A DNA stretch of 64,000 nt. Origin: Candidatus Chisholmbacteria bacterium (lineage in GTDB: Bacteria > Patescibacteriota > Microgenomatia > UBA1400 > Chisholmbacteraceae). The stretch's first letter is position 1; each line of letters starts with the position of its first letter. The stretch is from assembly GCA_963704905.1 (NCBI GenBank), contig CAVPHZ010000002.1:634-64633 (forward strand). Reading direction: 5' to 3'. A program made the position numbers and the translations under genes. The notes under the pieces were generated by a model. That model did no database searches. It was not told the DNA's origin and saw only the letters and a list, made by a program, of their open reading frames with translations. Positions 48,481-58,548 of the stretch are shown here, piece by piece.

Positions 48481-49933
48481 TAACATTAAAACACTTGGTA
48501 TGAAGTTAAGCTTCTTCTACCTTTTCTATGCACTGTTAAGTTACTTGATTCTGCTTCGCGACGAGTTTCTTTTGGAAAGGATCTCAGTTCTTACGAACAC
48601 CCCGTTGATATTGGAGAAAGGCAGGATATTGGCAAAAGTATTGCGTGTCAATAGTATTCCAACACTTTTTCTCTTCATCATAATTTTCGTTTTGTTTTAC
48701 TTCTATGCCAAAACACTCAGACGGTTGACGCATGAAACTGATGCTAGAGAGACTAAGCGAGTTATCGTCACCTTTTCCTTGATATTCATGGCGATCTCAA
48801 TATTTTCCTTTCCCTCACTTTCAACTGATGTATTTGACTACGTTGCAAGTAATAGAGTGTTGTTCGTTCACAACTCAAATCCTTGGCTTCATGCTCCTGT
48901 GGAATTTCCAACTGATGAATTTATTTATCTCGGTTCCTGGAAGTTTCGTGCGTCGGTATACGGACCTGTGCAGTTCGTTTTTTCATCGTTAGTCCACACA
49001 ATCGCTCAAGACAATCTCATTGGTAATATCATCGGATTCAAGATTATGAACGCTGCATTTTTTCTCGCATCAATAACAATCATAAAAAAGTGGCTAGAAA
49101 AATATTCATCCGACTCTGTCGTATTTGGATTAGCCATCTTTGCTTGGAATCCGCTGGTACATATTGAGATTCTTGGAAATGCTCACAATGACATCATCAT
49201 GGGGTTTTTCTCGCTCTTATGCATGTATTTTCTCTTCGAAAAAAAAGTAATAAAAGGTGCAATAGCGCTATCACTTGCAATATTGGCTAAAGTTACAGCG
49301 GTGATATTTATCCCAGTCATCGCTATCTGGATGTTTCAAAAGCAAAAGAACTCCAGTCTCATGAGCTTTTTGTCAGCCACTGTATCAACCACACTCATAG
49401 GTTTCTTAAGTCTTGGAGATGGACTTGGAGGATTTATTGACAACCTAGGTGTACAACTTGGCTTATATCTGCGTTCACTGCCAACCATCATTCGTTTTAC
49501 ATTTCTCTCACTTGGTTCAAGTATGAACCAGGCCCAATGGGCGGAAAAGCTCTTCACCATACCACCATATCTATATCTGTACGCTTTCCTTGTTAGAAAA
49601 GTAAGAAACATAGGAATACTAGAAGTACTCGTTTCAGCCATGCTGATCTACTTGCTCCTTGTCTCACCAATGCTTCAGCCGTGGTATCTAGTTTGGATTC
49701 TGCCGCTTGTTGCTCTCCTCAGGCAGAGTAGAGTGCAAATAGCTGCAGTAACGATGAGCTTCAGTAGTTTACTCCACTATGTGGTGCTCTTTACTTCATA
49801 TTATTTCTCTCCTTTAAATTTTATTTGGCAAATTATTATGTTTCTCACCATTGCAATACCGCCACTCATTGTCTGGTTTATTCCTAAATCTTGGTATACT
49901 CAACTAGTCAGGAGGATAAATCCATACCTATGA
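48446..49933 (+). CDS. GT-C-like polytopic membrane protein, DUF2029/GT87-like (tandem paralog)
   Basis: STDVFDYVASNRVLFVHNSNPWLHAPVEFPTDE...VYGPVQF...NPLVHIEILGNAHNDIIM. The start is ambiguous (Met at 48446, 48470 or 48500). Confidence 0.6.
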   Translation: MECMHLPDMKSNNIKTLGMKLSFFYLFYALLSYLILLRDEFLLERISVLTNTPLILEKGRILAKVLRVNSIPTLFLFIIIFVLFYFYAKTLRRLTHETDARETKRVIVTFSLIFMAISIFSFPSLSTDVFDYVASNRVLFVHNSNPWLHAPVEFPTDEFIYLGSWKFRASVYGPVQFVFSSLVHTIAQDNLIGNIIGFKIMNAAFFLASITIIKKWLEKYSSDSVVFGLAIFAWNPLVHIEILGNAHNDIIMGFFSLLCMYFLFEKKVIKGAIALSLAILAKVTAVIFIPVIAIWMFQKQKNSSLMSFLSATVSTTLIGFLSLGDGLGGFIDNLGVQLGLYLRSLPTIIRFTFLSLGSSMNQAQWAEKLFTIPPYLYLYAFLVRKVRNIGILEVLVSAMLIYLLLVSPMLQPWYLVWILPLVALLRQSRVQIAAVTMSFSSLLHYVVLFTSYYFSPLNFIWQIIMFLTIAIPPLIVWFIPKSWYTQLVRRINPYL

Positions 49934-51468
49934 AAGATAAATTCAGTGTATTGAAACTCACCTCTCAGGATATTTGGCTAAGTCTAAGTTTAGCGATAGG
50001 ATATTTTCTAACAAGATTAACCAATCTTAGACTCTGGCCAATCTTTACAGACGAGGCAATCTACACGCGCTGGAGTCAAATTGCGCTTCATGATGCTTCA
50101 CTTCGCTTTATTCCGCTCACCGATGGAAAACAACCTCTTTGGCATTGGATCACTATGGCTTCCATGAAAGTCATATCAGATCCGTTAGTGGCCGGAAGAG
50201 TTGTTTCAACAATTTCAGGATTTATAGCCTTGGTTGGTATATGGTTTCTCGCACTCGAAGTCTTCAATAAAAAAAATATTGCCTTCATTGCTTCATGGCT
50301 GTATCTCATCGCACCTTTTACATTATTATATGACCGCATGGCTTTGGTCGATTCGATGCTTTCCATGTGGGGAATCTGGGCAGTATATTTTGGGATAAAA
50401 ACTGCCAAAATGTTGAGACTTGATCTTGCGATGATCACCGGATTTGTGATTGGAGCGGGACTACTCACAAAATCACCATCAATTTTCTTTGAATATCTCT
50501 ATCCACTTAATCTTCTTTTTATTACAAATAAAAAAAGTGTAGGACGATGGATAACTCTACTCATTCCGACCTTCATCATTGCTGAAGCCATGCGAAACAT
50601 CATGCGCCTTTCTCCCTGGATGCATATGATTGCACGAAAAAATCTTGAGTTTGTTATGAGTTTCCCGGAATTTTTCCACACCCCGTTTAAATGGTTTTGG
50701 GGAAACCTTCCTTCCCTTTGGAGATGGTGGACTGGTTCACTTACCTGGCCAATAATGCTAACTGCGATCGTTGGACTCATACTGGTACTTCTTCCGCAAA
50801 AACACATACTTTCACTGAGAAAGAAGTGGAGAACTATAAGCTATCTAGCTGTTTTCGCAATGGTTCCTTTTCTTACGGCAGCAGCTTTTGGAAAGGTGAT
50901 ATTTGCCCGCTACTTATTGTTTGTGACACCAGCGTTATTCCTAATTGCTGCTGCAGCCACAGACACCGTACTGAACCTTGTTAAAAACGTAAGCGCAAAA
51001 ATAGTCTTCATGATCTTTATATCAATTTCTGCCCTGTACGTGGATTACAAAATTATTACAGATCCAATTACTGCGCCAATAATTAGCGCTGATCGCGATC
51101 AATATGTAGATGGATTTCCGGCCGGTTGGGGTATCGATGAAGTAATCGAGTTTTTGAAACTAGAAGCGCAGTCTCAGCAAATATTTCTAGGCACACAAGG
51201 GACGTTTGGTCTCATGCCAGCCAGCTTTGAACTTTATTTATGGGACAATCCAAACATCGAGATAAAAGGATATTGGCCGGTTTCCAAAGTTCCTGAAGCT
51301 GTGACAATGAAAGCAATTTCCAAACCTACATACTTCATATACTACGAGTCAAACGAGGATCAGATTCCTCAGCAAGAGAACCTTGAGCTCATCAAAAAGT
51401 TTAAGAAAGGATCCAGCGATAGATACATGTACTTCTATAGAGTCTATCCAATGGAAATTGCAGTGTGA
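49930..51468 (+). CDS. ArnT/PMT-like GT-C membrane glycosyltransferase (divergent)
   Basis: PIFTDEAIYTRWSQIAL...PLTDGKQPLWHWI resembles the ArnT loop-1 (DE ... PL..W) signature; multi-TM. Start taken at the internal Met giving an ATGA overlap. Confidence 0.6.
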   Translation: MKDKFSVLKLTSQDIWLSLSLAIGYFLTRLTNLRLWPIFTDEAIYTRWSQIALHDASLRFIPLTDGKQPLWHWITMASMKVISDPLVAGRVVSTISGFIALVGIWFLALEVFNKKNIAFIASWLYLIAPFTLLYDRMALVDSMLSMWGIWAVYFGIKTAKMLRLDLAMITGFVIGAGLLTKSPSIFFEYLYPLNLLFITNKKSVGRWITLLIPTFIIAEAMRNIMRLSPWMHMIARKNLEFVMSFPEFFHTPFKWFWGNLPSLWRWWTGSLTWPIMLTAIVGLILVLLPQKHILSLRKKWRTISYLAVFAMVPFLTAAAFGKVIFARYLLFVTPALFLIAAAATDTVLNLVKNVSAKIVFMIFISISALYVDYKIITDPITAPIISADRDQYVDGFPAGWGIDEVIEFLKLEAQSQQIFLGTQGTFGLMPASFELYLWDNPNIEIKGYWPVSKVPEAVTMKAISKPTYFIYYESNEDQIPQQENLELIKKFKKGSSDRYMYFYRVYPMEIAV

Positions 51469-53063
51469 AGTGGAAAAACAAAGTAATCATCGCAATCATT
51501 CTCTTTGCCGCAATCTTACGATTCTATCAACTTGGCAATAATCCGCCGAGTATAGATTGGGATGAAGCATCATTAGGGTATAACGCGTATTCACTTCTCA
51601 AAACCGGCAGAGATGAATATGGTAATAGTTGGCCCATCTCAATTCGATCATTTAATGATTACAAACCGCCACTCTATGTTTACCTCTCAGTACCTTCAAT
51701 TGCAGTATTTGGATTAACTGAGTTCGCAATACGCTTCCCTTCCGCACTACTCGGAACGGTTGCTATAGGGGTATTGTTTCTTCTGGCGAGAGAATTGATC
51801 CAGGGCAAGCAGAAAAATCACTTTCCTGAGATTGCTGCTTTCCTTCTTGCAATAAGCCCGTGGCATCTGCAGTTTTCTCGAGTCGCCTTCGAAGCCAACA
51901 TTGCACTAACTTTCTTCATGATCGGGGTGTACTTTTTGATGAAGGCATTAAATAAAGCGTCAAGCGGGTATTTCGTCGCATCATCTGCGTTATTTATAGC
52001 AGCGATGTACTCGTATCATTCAGCGCGATTAGTTGTCCCAGTCTTTCTTAGTATTTATCTACTTGTGCACAGAAAGAATTTCTTCGCACAAATTAAACAA
52101 GCATTTCCGGCAATAGCTATCGGTCTTGTACTTCTGATTCCATTAGGGATAACAATTATGAAAGGATCAGCACAGTCGAGATTTTCCACCGTAAGCATAT
52201 TTACCAATCCGGGTATTTTCACCAATGAACAAGAAAAAATAGACAGACAAAGGGTTTACTGGAATGAAGACGAAGAACAAAAGAGTTTATTTTCTATTTT
52301 TCACCATCGATGGATCGTACTCTCAACCATCATAACCGAAGGTTATCTTGATCATTTTAACCTTGATTTCCTATTTCTAAAATCCGATGGCATTGGCAGG
52401 CATAGTGCAGTCGGGATGGGGCTGCTGTACTACTGGGAATTACCGGCAATTCTTATCGGACTCTACTTAGTAGCATCCCAAGATAAAGAGAAATTAAAGC
52501 TTATTGTACCTTGGTTATTATCTGCTCCTCTGGCTGCTGCGCTTACCACTCAGACACCTCATGCTGTCAGAAGCCTTATCATGCTTCCTCCTCTGGTTCT
52601 GATCATTGCATATGCAGTTGATTCTATACAAAAAAGCTGGCTTAAAATTGGTCTATCACTGATTATCGCATTAAATACGCTACACTACCTTAATCTCTAC
52701 TATATTCACACTCCTGTAGAGCGTTCTCATGATTGGCAGTATGGGTATAAACAAGCGTATCAATTTGCTTACCAATATGAGAACGATGTCGAGGAAATTA
52801 TTATGACAACCGAGTACGATCAGCCGTATATCTTTATGTTGTTTTTCAATCAAATTGACCCTGCAGGCTACCAGCCAGATTCTGAGCAAGGAGCTCAGAG
52901 AATTGGGAAATACTCATTTAGAAAAATTAACTTCCAAGAAGACAGTAAACTCTCAGACAGATTACTAATTGGCAGCCCAAATGAAATTCCAGATACTGCA
53001 CAAATAATAGATACCGTTTACTTTCTCAATGGAGAATCAGCATTTTATATCGTAAAAACATGA
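51465..53063 (+). CDS. ArnT-like GT-C membrane glycosyltransferase (GTG start)
   Basis: SIDWDEASLGYNAYSLLKTGRDEYGNSWPISIRSFNDYKPPLYVYL and SPWHLQFSRVAFEANIALTFF. GTGA overlap with the upstream stop. Confidence 0.85.
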   Translation: MKWKNKVIIAIILFAAILRFYQLGNNPPSIDWDEASLGYNAYSLLKTGRDEYGNSWPISIRSFNDYKPPLYVYLSVPSIAVFGLTEFAIRFPSALLGTVAIGVLFLLARELIQGKQKNHFPEIAAFLLAISPWHLQFSRVAFEANIALTFFMIGVYFLMKALNKASSGYFVASSALFIAAMYSYHSARLVVPVFLSIYLLVHRKNFFAQIKQAFPAIAIGLVLLIPLGITIMKGSAQSRFSTVSIFTNPGIFTNEQEKIDRQRVYWNEDEEQKSLFSIFHHRWIVLSTIITEGYLDHFNLDFLFLKSDGIGRHSAVGMGLLYYWELPAILIGLYLVASQDKEKLKLIVPWLLSAPLAAALTTQTPHAVRSLIMLPPLVLIIAYAVDSIQKSWLKIGLSLIIALNTLHYLNLYYIHTPVERSHDWQYGYKQAYQFAYQYENDVEEIIMTTEYDQPYIFMLFFNQIDPAGYQPDSEQGAQRIGKYSFRKINFQEDSKLSDRLLIGSPNEIPDTAQIIDTVYFLNGESAFYIVKT

Positions 53064-53803
53064 AGAAAAAGCCAAACATCATTATCGTCATGCCTGCGTA
53101 TAATGCGGAAAAAACAATTGAAAAAACCGTTAGTGATATTCCGAATGAATTTGCCAGTGAGATCATTCTCGTCGATGATGGTTCGACGGATAAAACAGTC
53201 GAGATTGCTAATAATTTAAAGCTCACTACCTTTACACATCCAAATAATTTAGGATACGGAGGAAACCAAAAAACCTGTTACTGGGAAGCCCTCAAAAAAA
53301 ATCCAGAAGTTGTAGTCATGATTCACCCCGACTATCAATACGATGCCACGCTCACAGAAGAGCTGGTTCGCCCTATTCTTCAGGGACGATACGATTTTAT
53401 GTTTGGCTCTAGGATTCGTTCAAGGCTCGAGGCACTAAAAGGGGGTATGCCTCAGCATAAATATTTCTTTAACCGATTCTACACGTTGCTAGCTAATATG
53501 GTTCTTGGAGTCAACTTCACAGAACACATGAGCGGAATGCGTGCCTACAGTAAAAAGGCTCTCAAGACCATACCTTTTCAACGGTTTTCAAACGATTTTA
53601 TTTTTGACCAGCAAATGACCATTTCAGCGATTTCATATGGTCTACGGATCGGCGAAATTCCGATTCCGGTCCGCTATTACTCAGAATCATCTTCAATTCA
53701 ATTATTACCAGGAATTAAATTTGGAATTGAGAGTTTACTCATTCTTGTACAATATGTCTTTCATCAATTGAAACTCACCCAAAGTAAATTATTCAAAACA
53801 TGA
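53060..53803 (+). CDS. GT2 glycosyltransferase, polyprenyl-phosphate sugar synthase (DPM1/GtrB-like)
   Basis: IIIVMPAYNAEKTI...IILVDDGSTDKTVEIA...GYGGNQKT...IHPDYQYD...FGSRI. Confidence 0.85.
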   Translation: MKKKPNIIIVMPAYNAEKTIEKTVSDIPNEFASEIILVDDGSTDKTVEIANNLKLTTFTHPNNLGYGGNQKTCYWEALKKNPEVVVMIHPDYQYDATLTEELVRPILQGRYDFMFGSRIRSRLEALKGGMPQHKYFFNRFYTLLANMVLGVNFTEHMSGMRAYSKKALKTIPFQRFSNDFIFDQQMTISAISYGLRIGEIPIPVRYYSESSSIQLLPGIKFGIESLLILVQYVFHQLKLTQSKLFKT

Positions 53804-55551
53804 CGATCAGTAAAAATAATTCAACAAAAACCATCTTCATTCTGTTGCTTCTCCTGGTAGCAATAATTCCGGTTATCAAAGCATTATTCATTCCAGGATT
53901 TTATACTAGCCATGATGGAATTACGCACACCGCTCGTCTAGCTAATTTTTACTACGCCCTAAAGGAAGGGCAATTCCCTCCACAACTTGCTCCAAAATTG
54001 TTTGGAAACCTTGGTTTTCCTATATTTATTTTTATCTACCCACTTCCGTACCTTCTAGGAGCAATAGCTCATACTGTTGGGCTAACGTTTACGCAGTCAT
54101 TTGAGCTTGTCATCGGATCAAGTATAGTGCTCTCAGCAGTAACGATGTATCTGTTTGCAAGAGAGCACTTTGGTAAGATAGGCGGATTGTTAACTGCACT
54201 TTTCTATACATGGGCACCATATCGTTTATCTCAAGTGTATGTTCGTGGAGCGCTAGCTGAAAGCTTTGCCTATATATTCATTCCACTTGTTCTGCTATCG
54301 CTGCTAACGCTCACTAAAGAAAAAAAGCATATAAGACGCTGGATTGGAATCGGAAGCCTGTCAGTAGCAGGATTGCTTTTATCTCATCAATTAGTATCCA
54401 TCATGTTTCTTCCAGTTATTGCACTATATGGCGGGTATCTCTTAATACAGGTAAAAGAAAAAAGATTGTTGATAAGAAACAGTATTCTCATGGCAGTTCT
54501 GGGATTTTCAATAAGCGCGTATATCTACCTTCCTTCATTATTTGAGAGAAAATATCTTCACTTTGATGAACTCATCAGTTATTATCAGGAGCACTTCATT
54601 ACTGTTCCTCAACTCATCCACTCACCTTGGAGTTACGGCTTTTCAATGAAAGGGACAGAGCTTGATGATATGTCATTCCAAGTGGGTCTAACGCATTTGT
54701 TGGTAGTTGGAATCTCAACACTTACATTAGGGTTTTTAATCCTTAAACATAAAAAGAAAGTTATTCATAACCCAAACATCCTCTTAGCCCTTATCAGTCT
54801 TTTCCTATTTACCGCAGCAACAAGTCTTACACTAGAGCATCCGTTTGTTCTCTGGTTGTGGAAAAATGTTCCAGGCATTTCGATTGTAGACTTCCCGTGG
54901 AGGTGGATTGGTGTTTCAACATTTTCCGCTAGCCTGCTAGCAGGTTGGCTTACAAATAAATTAGATAATCGATTACTTTTAATTCCACTTATATTTTTAT
55001 TGTTTGTTGCAAATCGAAATCATCTTCGCATTAATCAAACTCTAATCAGGGATGATGAATTTTTCAAATATTATCTTGATACTGCCACTTGGCAAAATGA
55101 GTTCTTACCAAAATGGAGAAAGACGAATAAGTGGCAAAACATTGAAAACGACTTTCATATAGAAGAAGGGGATGCAAACGTAGAAATCATCTCGTCTAAA
55201 ACACAGGAATTAGCACTAAAAATTACCACAAACGACGAGTCAACAATTGTTATACACCGTTTATACTTTCCAGGCTGGACGGTTAAGAATGATGGTATTT
55301 TACTTAAACAAGGCGAAGACGTAAGAGTCACGGAGGAAATTCAAATTGAAACACAAAACACACCATACATCGATCTCTCTGGTCTTATCAAAGTAAATAT
55401 CTCACCCGGTACCCATCGTCTCGAAACAAAATTCGAATCAACTAACCTAAGAAAGTTGGGTATGTTATTGTCTGTCGTTGGAGTGATAACAGCTGTCTCT
55501 TTGATCCTAAACAATCGCCCTCCTGCATTAACGAAACATAAAAAACTATGA
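53800..55551 (+). CDS. GT-C-like polytopic membrane protein, divergent YfhO-related family (paralog of 18436/21141)
   Basis: PGFYTSHDGITHTARLANFYYALKEGQFPPQLAPKLFGNLGFPIFIFIYPLPYLL...YTWAPYRLSQVYVRGALAE, with C-terminal LYFPGWTVKNDGILL. Confidence 0.6.
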   Translation: MTISKNNSTKTIFILLLLLVAIIPVIKALFIPGFYTSHDGITHTARLANFYYALKEGQFPPQLAPKLFGNLGFPIFIFIYPLPYLLGAIAHTVGLTFTQSFELVIGSSIVLSAVTMYLFAREHFGKIGGLLTALFYTWAPYRLSQVYVRGALAESFAYIFIPLVLLSLLTLTKEKKHIRRWIGIGSLSVAGLLLSHQLVSIMFLPVIALYGGYLLIQVKEKRLLIRNSILMAVLGFSISAYIYLPSLFERKYLHFDELISYYQEHFITVPQLIHSPWSYGFSMKGTELDDMSFQVGLTHLLVVGISTLTLGFLILKHKKKVIHNPNILLALISLFLFTAATSLTLEHPFVLWLWKNVPGISIVDFPWRWIGVSTFSASLLAGWLTNKLDNRLLLIPLIFLLFVANRNHLRINQTLIRDDEFFKYYLDTATWQNEFLPKWRKTNKWQNIENDFHIEEGDANVEIISSKTQELALKITTNDESTIVIHRLYFPGWTVKNDGILLKQGEDVRVTEEIQIETQNTPYIDLSGLIKVNISPGTHRLETKFESTNLRKLGMLLSVVGVITAVSLILNNRPPALTKHKKL

Positions 55552-56339
55552 TACATAAGAAGCGCCTTTCGGTTGTCCTGGCGACCTATAATGAGAAAGA
55601 TAATATTAAAAATTGCTTGGATTCAGTAAAAGGTCTCGCGGAAGAAATAATAGTTGTAGATGGTTCATCAGAGGACGACACTCGAAATATTGCCAGAAAT
55701 CTAGGGGCCAGAGTGATTAAAACATCCAATAAACCAATGTTTCACACCAATAAACAAATGGCAATTGATAAAGCGAAAGGTGACTGGATTCTTCAACTTG
55801 ATGCTGATGAAGTAGTTGATAAAGAGTTATATTCTGAGATGGCCAATCTTCTAAATCAGGATAACAAGTATGCTGCATTTTCAATTTCACGAAAAAATTT
55901 CTTTCTCGGCAAATGGCTTAAAAAAGGCGGGCTGTATCCTGACCGAGTCATTAGATTATTTAAAAAAGGTAAAGCCTATCTTCCACAGAAAAGCGTTCAT
56001 GAACAGTTAGAGGTAGAAGGCAATGTTGGCGAACTTCATGGCCACTTGAATCATCACACAGCACCAACGTTTAGTCGATATATTACAAATGCAAATCGCT
56101 ACACATCACTAACTGCTGCTGAGCTGACAAAATCAGGGACAGAGACAAGCATGCAACAAACGATATACTATATTGTGTTTAAACCGCTGTCGATATTCTT
56201 CTCATTATTTGTTCGCCATAAAGGAATGTATGATGGGTACAACGGATTTATTTTTGCGTTATTCTCAGCGCTCCATTGGCCGATAGCCTATATGAAACAT
56301 TGGGAAAATATTCACGTCAAAAAGATAAACATCTCATGA
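55548..56339 (+). CDS. GT2 glycosyltransferase, WaaE/KdtX-like subfamily
   Basis: LSVVLATYNEKDNIKNCLDSVKGLAEEIIVVDGSSEDDTRNIARNLGARVI...WILQLDADEVV. Confidence 0.82.
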   Translation: MIHKKRLSVVLATYNEKDNIKNCLDSVKGLAEEIIVVDGSSEDDTRNIARNLGARVIKTSNKPMFHTNKQMAIDKAKGDWILQLDADEVVDKELYSEMANLLNQDNKYAAFSISRKNFFLGKWLKKGGLYPDRVIRLFKKGKAYLPQKSVHEQLEVEGNVGELHGHLNHHTAPTFSRYITNANRYTSLTAAELTKSGTETSMQQTIYYIVFKPLSIFFSLFVRHKGMYDGYNGFIFALFSALHWPIAYMKHWENIHVKKINIS

Positions 56340-57406
56340 AAGTTATCATCGATATCTCGCCACTAAAAAGCGGCCACAAAACCAGAGGAATTGGAATCTA
56401 TACTCGTCGTCTCGTAGAAGCCTTGCACGAGTTAGATAAGAAGAATAAATATATTCTTACAACTAAATCCCAACATATTGAAAAAGCTGATCTCATTCAC
56501 TATCCGTATTTTGATCTTTTTTTTCATTCACTTCCGATAAGAAAAAAAACCAAGTCAGTTGTGACGATACACGATGTTATTCCCCTGATATTTCCTCAAG
56601 AATTTCCTCCTGGAATTAGGGGTAAGTTTCGTCATCTCCTCCAAAAAAAAGCGCTTGAAAGTGTTGATGCGATCATCACCGATTCAGAAAACTCAAAGCT
56701 AGATATCATTTCAAAACTCAACATTAACGAGAGTAAAATATCCGTCATCTACTTAGCTGCTCCGCAAAAATTCCGTCCCCAATCACAAAGTAATATCAAG
56801 AGTACTAGAGAAAAATATAAAATTCCGGAAAACTATGTGCTCTATGTAGGTGACGTAAATCCAAATAAAAATGTATTACGTTTAATCGAATCATTTGAAA
56901 GAATTCACAATAGAGATAAGAGTCTTCACCTCGTTCTGGTTGGGAGAGCTTTTGGACAAACAAGTAACGAAGCCAAAGCCATCAAAAAACGCATTATCGA
57001 TCTCAACCTTCAAGACCGAGTGTCAATGAAACCAAATGTTCCACTCGATCCATCAGATGACATCATTTCAATATATAGCGGAGCCAAAGCCTACATTCAT
57101 CCATCACTCTATGAAGGATTTGGGCTTCCCATCCTCGAAGCATTTTCTGTAGGAGTACCTGTTGTAGCTGGCAACAGCTCGAGTGTTCCTGAAATAGCGT
57201 CTGATGCAGCCATTCTCGTGAATCCAGAATCAGTAAAAGATATTGCAAATGGACTAATGAAAATTCTTACGATGAATGAGGTGCAGAGAGAAAAAATGAT
57301 TACTAAAGGACTAAACCAAGCAAAAAAATTCTCATGGGAAAAAACTGCAAAACAAACAATCCAAGTCTATGAAAAAGTACTAGCTGAAGGTCAGGAAATG
57401 ACATGA
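56336..57406 (+). CDS. GT4 (GT-B fold) glycosyltransferase
   Basis: YVGDVNPNKNV...EGFGLPILEAFSVGVPVVAGNSSSVPEI; start at the internal Met giving an ATGA overlap. Confidence 0.8.
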   Translation: MKVIIDISPLKSGHKTRGIGIYTRRLVEALHELDKKNKYILTTKSQHIEKADLIHYPYFDLFFHSLPIRKKTKSVVTIHDVIPLIFPQEFPPGIRGKFRHLLQKKALESVDAIITDSENSKLDIISKLNINESKISVIYLAAPQKFRPQSQSNIKSTREKYKIPENYVLYVGDVNPNKNVLRLIESFERIHNRDKSLHLVLVGRAFGQTSNEAKAIKKRIIDLNLQDRVSMKPNVPLDPSDDIISIYSGAKAYIHPSLYEGFGLPILEAFSVGVPVVAGNSSSVPEIASDAAILVNPESVKDIANGLMKILTMNEVQREKMITKGLNQAKKFSWEKTAKQTIQVYEKVLAEGQEMT

Positions 57407-58548
57407 AAGAAAAATCAACAATATCGTGGATACTAAAAGTACTAATTGGCTGGAGATTGGTACTACTGGTTGTTGCCATGTATGCAATTGCAGCCATCCC
57501 ATTCAAAGAGAGTTTTCCCTACTGGGAAACATTACTTGCTCCAAATGGACATCCGCTGTTTTGGAGTTGGGGAAACTTTGACGGTGTTCATTACATCACA
57601 ATAGCTAAACAAGGATATTCGGCACAATTTACTCAAGCCTTTTTTCCGTTGTATCCACTTCTTATGCGCTTCGTTGCGCGATTAACCGGGGAGTACATCT
57701 CTGCTGGTTTACTCATCTCTCACATCTCAGCAGTCGTCGCGTTTATTTTATTCTATAAACTTGTTCGTCTGGATAAAGGTGAAGGTACCGCAAAAAAAAC
57801 CCTTATCCACCTTCTCTTATTCCCAACTGCCTTTTATTTCGGGGCGCTGTACTCGGAGAGTCTCTTTCTTGCGTTTGTCTTGGGATCATTTTATGCTGCT
57901 AGAAAAAAGCATTGGTGGATCGCCGGATTATTGGGTGCAGCTGCATCAGCCACGCGAATATTCGGAATATTTTTACTCCCATCTCTTCTTCTCGAATGGT
58001 ACTACGGGAGAGGGAAGAAAACAGCGTTCTCACGCAGAGAGCTTTTCCAAGCGGTGTTACCAATTCTTTTATCAGCGACAGGCCTTTTACTCTACATGTA
58101 TTACCTCAACCGCGCTTTTTCAGATCCTATTCTATTTCTCAATTCCCAACCTGCATTTGGGGCTCAGCGAAGTAGTGATAAATTAATTCTTCTCTATCAA
58201 GTTTTTTGGCGTTATACCAAGATGTTAGCTACAGTCGATATCAATTCTCTACTGTATTTCACGGTTTCCCAAGAAATGCTCAGCGGGTTTCTTTTTCTGG
58301 GACTAACAGTGCTTGCTTTCAAATACACACGCCTTTCCTATGCGATTTTTGGCTTATTTTCCTATCTAGCCCCAACACTTACCGGGACCTTCTCAAGCAT
58401 GCCCAGATATGTGCTGATATTGTTCCCTTCATTTATGATATTAGGCATGGTAAAAAATCCCCGATTTCATAAGCTCTGGTGGTTCGTCAGTGTTATACTA
58501 CTAGGGATAAATACGGCATTATTTGTAAGAGGATATTGGGTTGCATGA
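57403..58548 (+). CDS. GT-C-like membrane protein, PIG-V/DUF2029-like mannosyltransferase-type
   Basis: NFDGVHYITIAKQGYSAQFTQAFFPLYPLL is the typical PIG-V (GT76)-like loop signature (DG.HY..IA..GY......AFFP.YP); multi-TM. Confidence 0.55.
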   Translation: MKEKSTISWILKVLIGWRLVLLVVAMYAIAAIPFKESFPYWETLLAPNGHPLFWSWGNFDGVHYITIAKQGYSAQFTQAFFPLYPLLMRFVARLTGEYISAGLLISHISAVVAFILFYKLVRLDKGEGTAKKTLIHLLLFPTAFYFGALYSESLFLAFVLGSFYAARKKHWWIAGLLGAAASATRIFGIFLLPSLLLEWYYGRGKKTAFSRRELFQAVLPILLSATGLLLYMYYLNRAFSDPILFLNSQPAFGAQRSSDKLILLYQVFWRYTKMLATVDINSLLYFTVSQEMLSGFLFLGLTVLAFKYTRLSYAIFGLFSYLAPTLTGTFSSMPRYVLILFPSFMILGMVKNPRFHKLWWFVSVILLGINTALFVRGYWVA

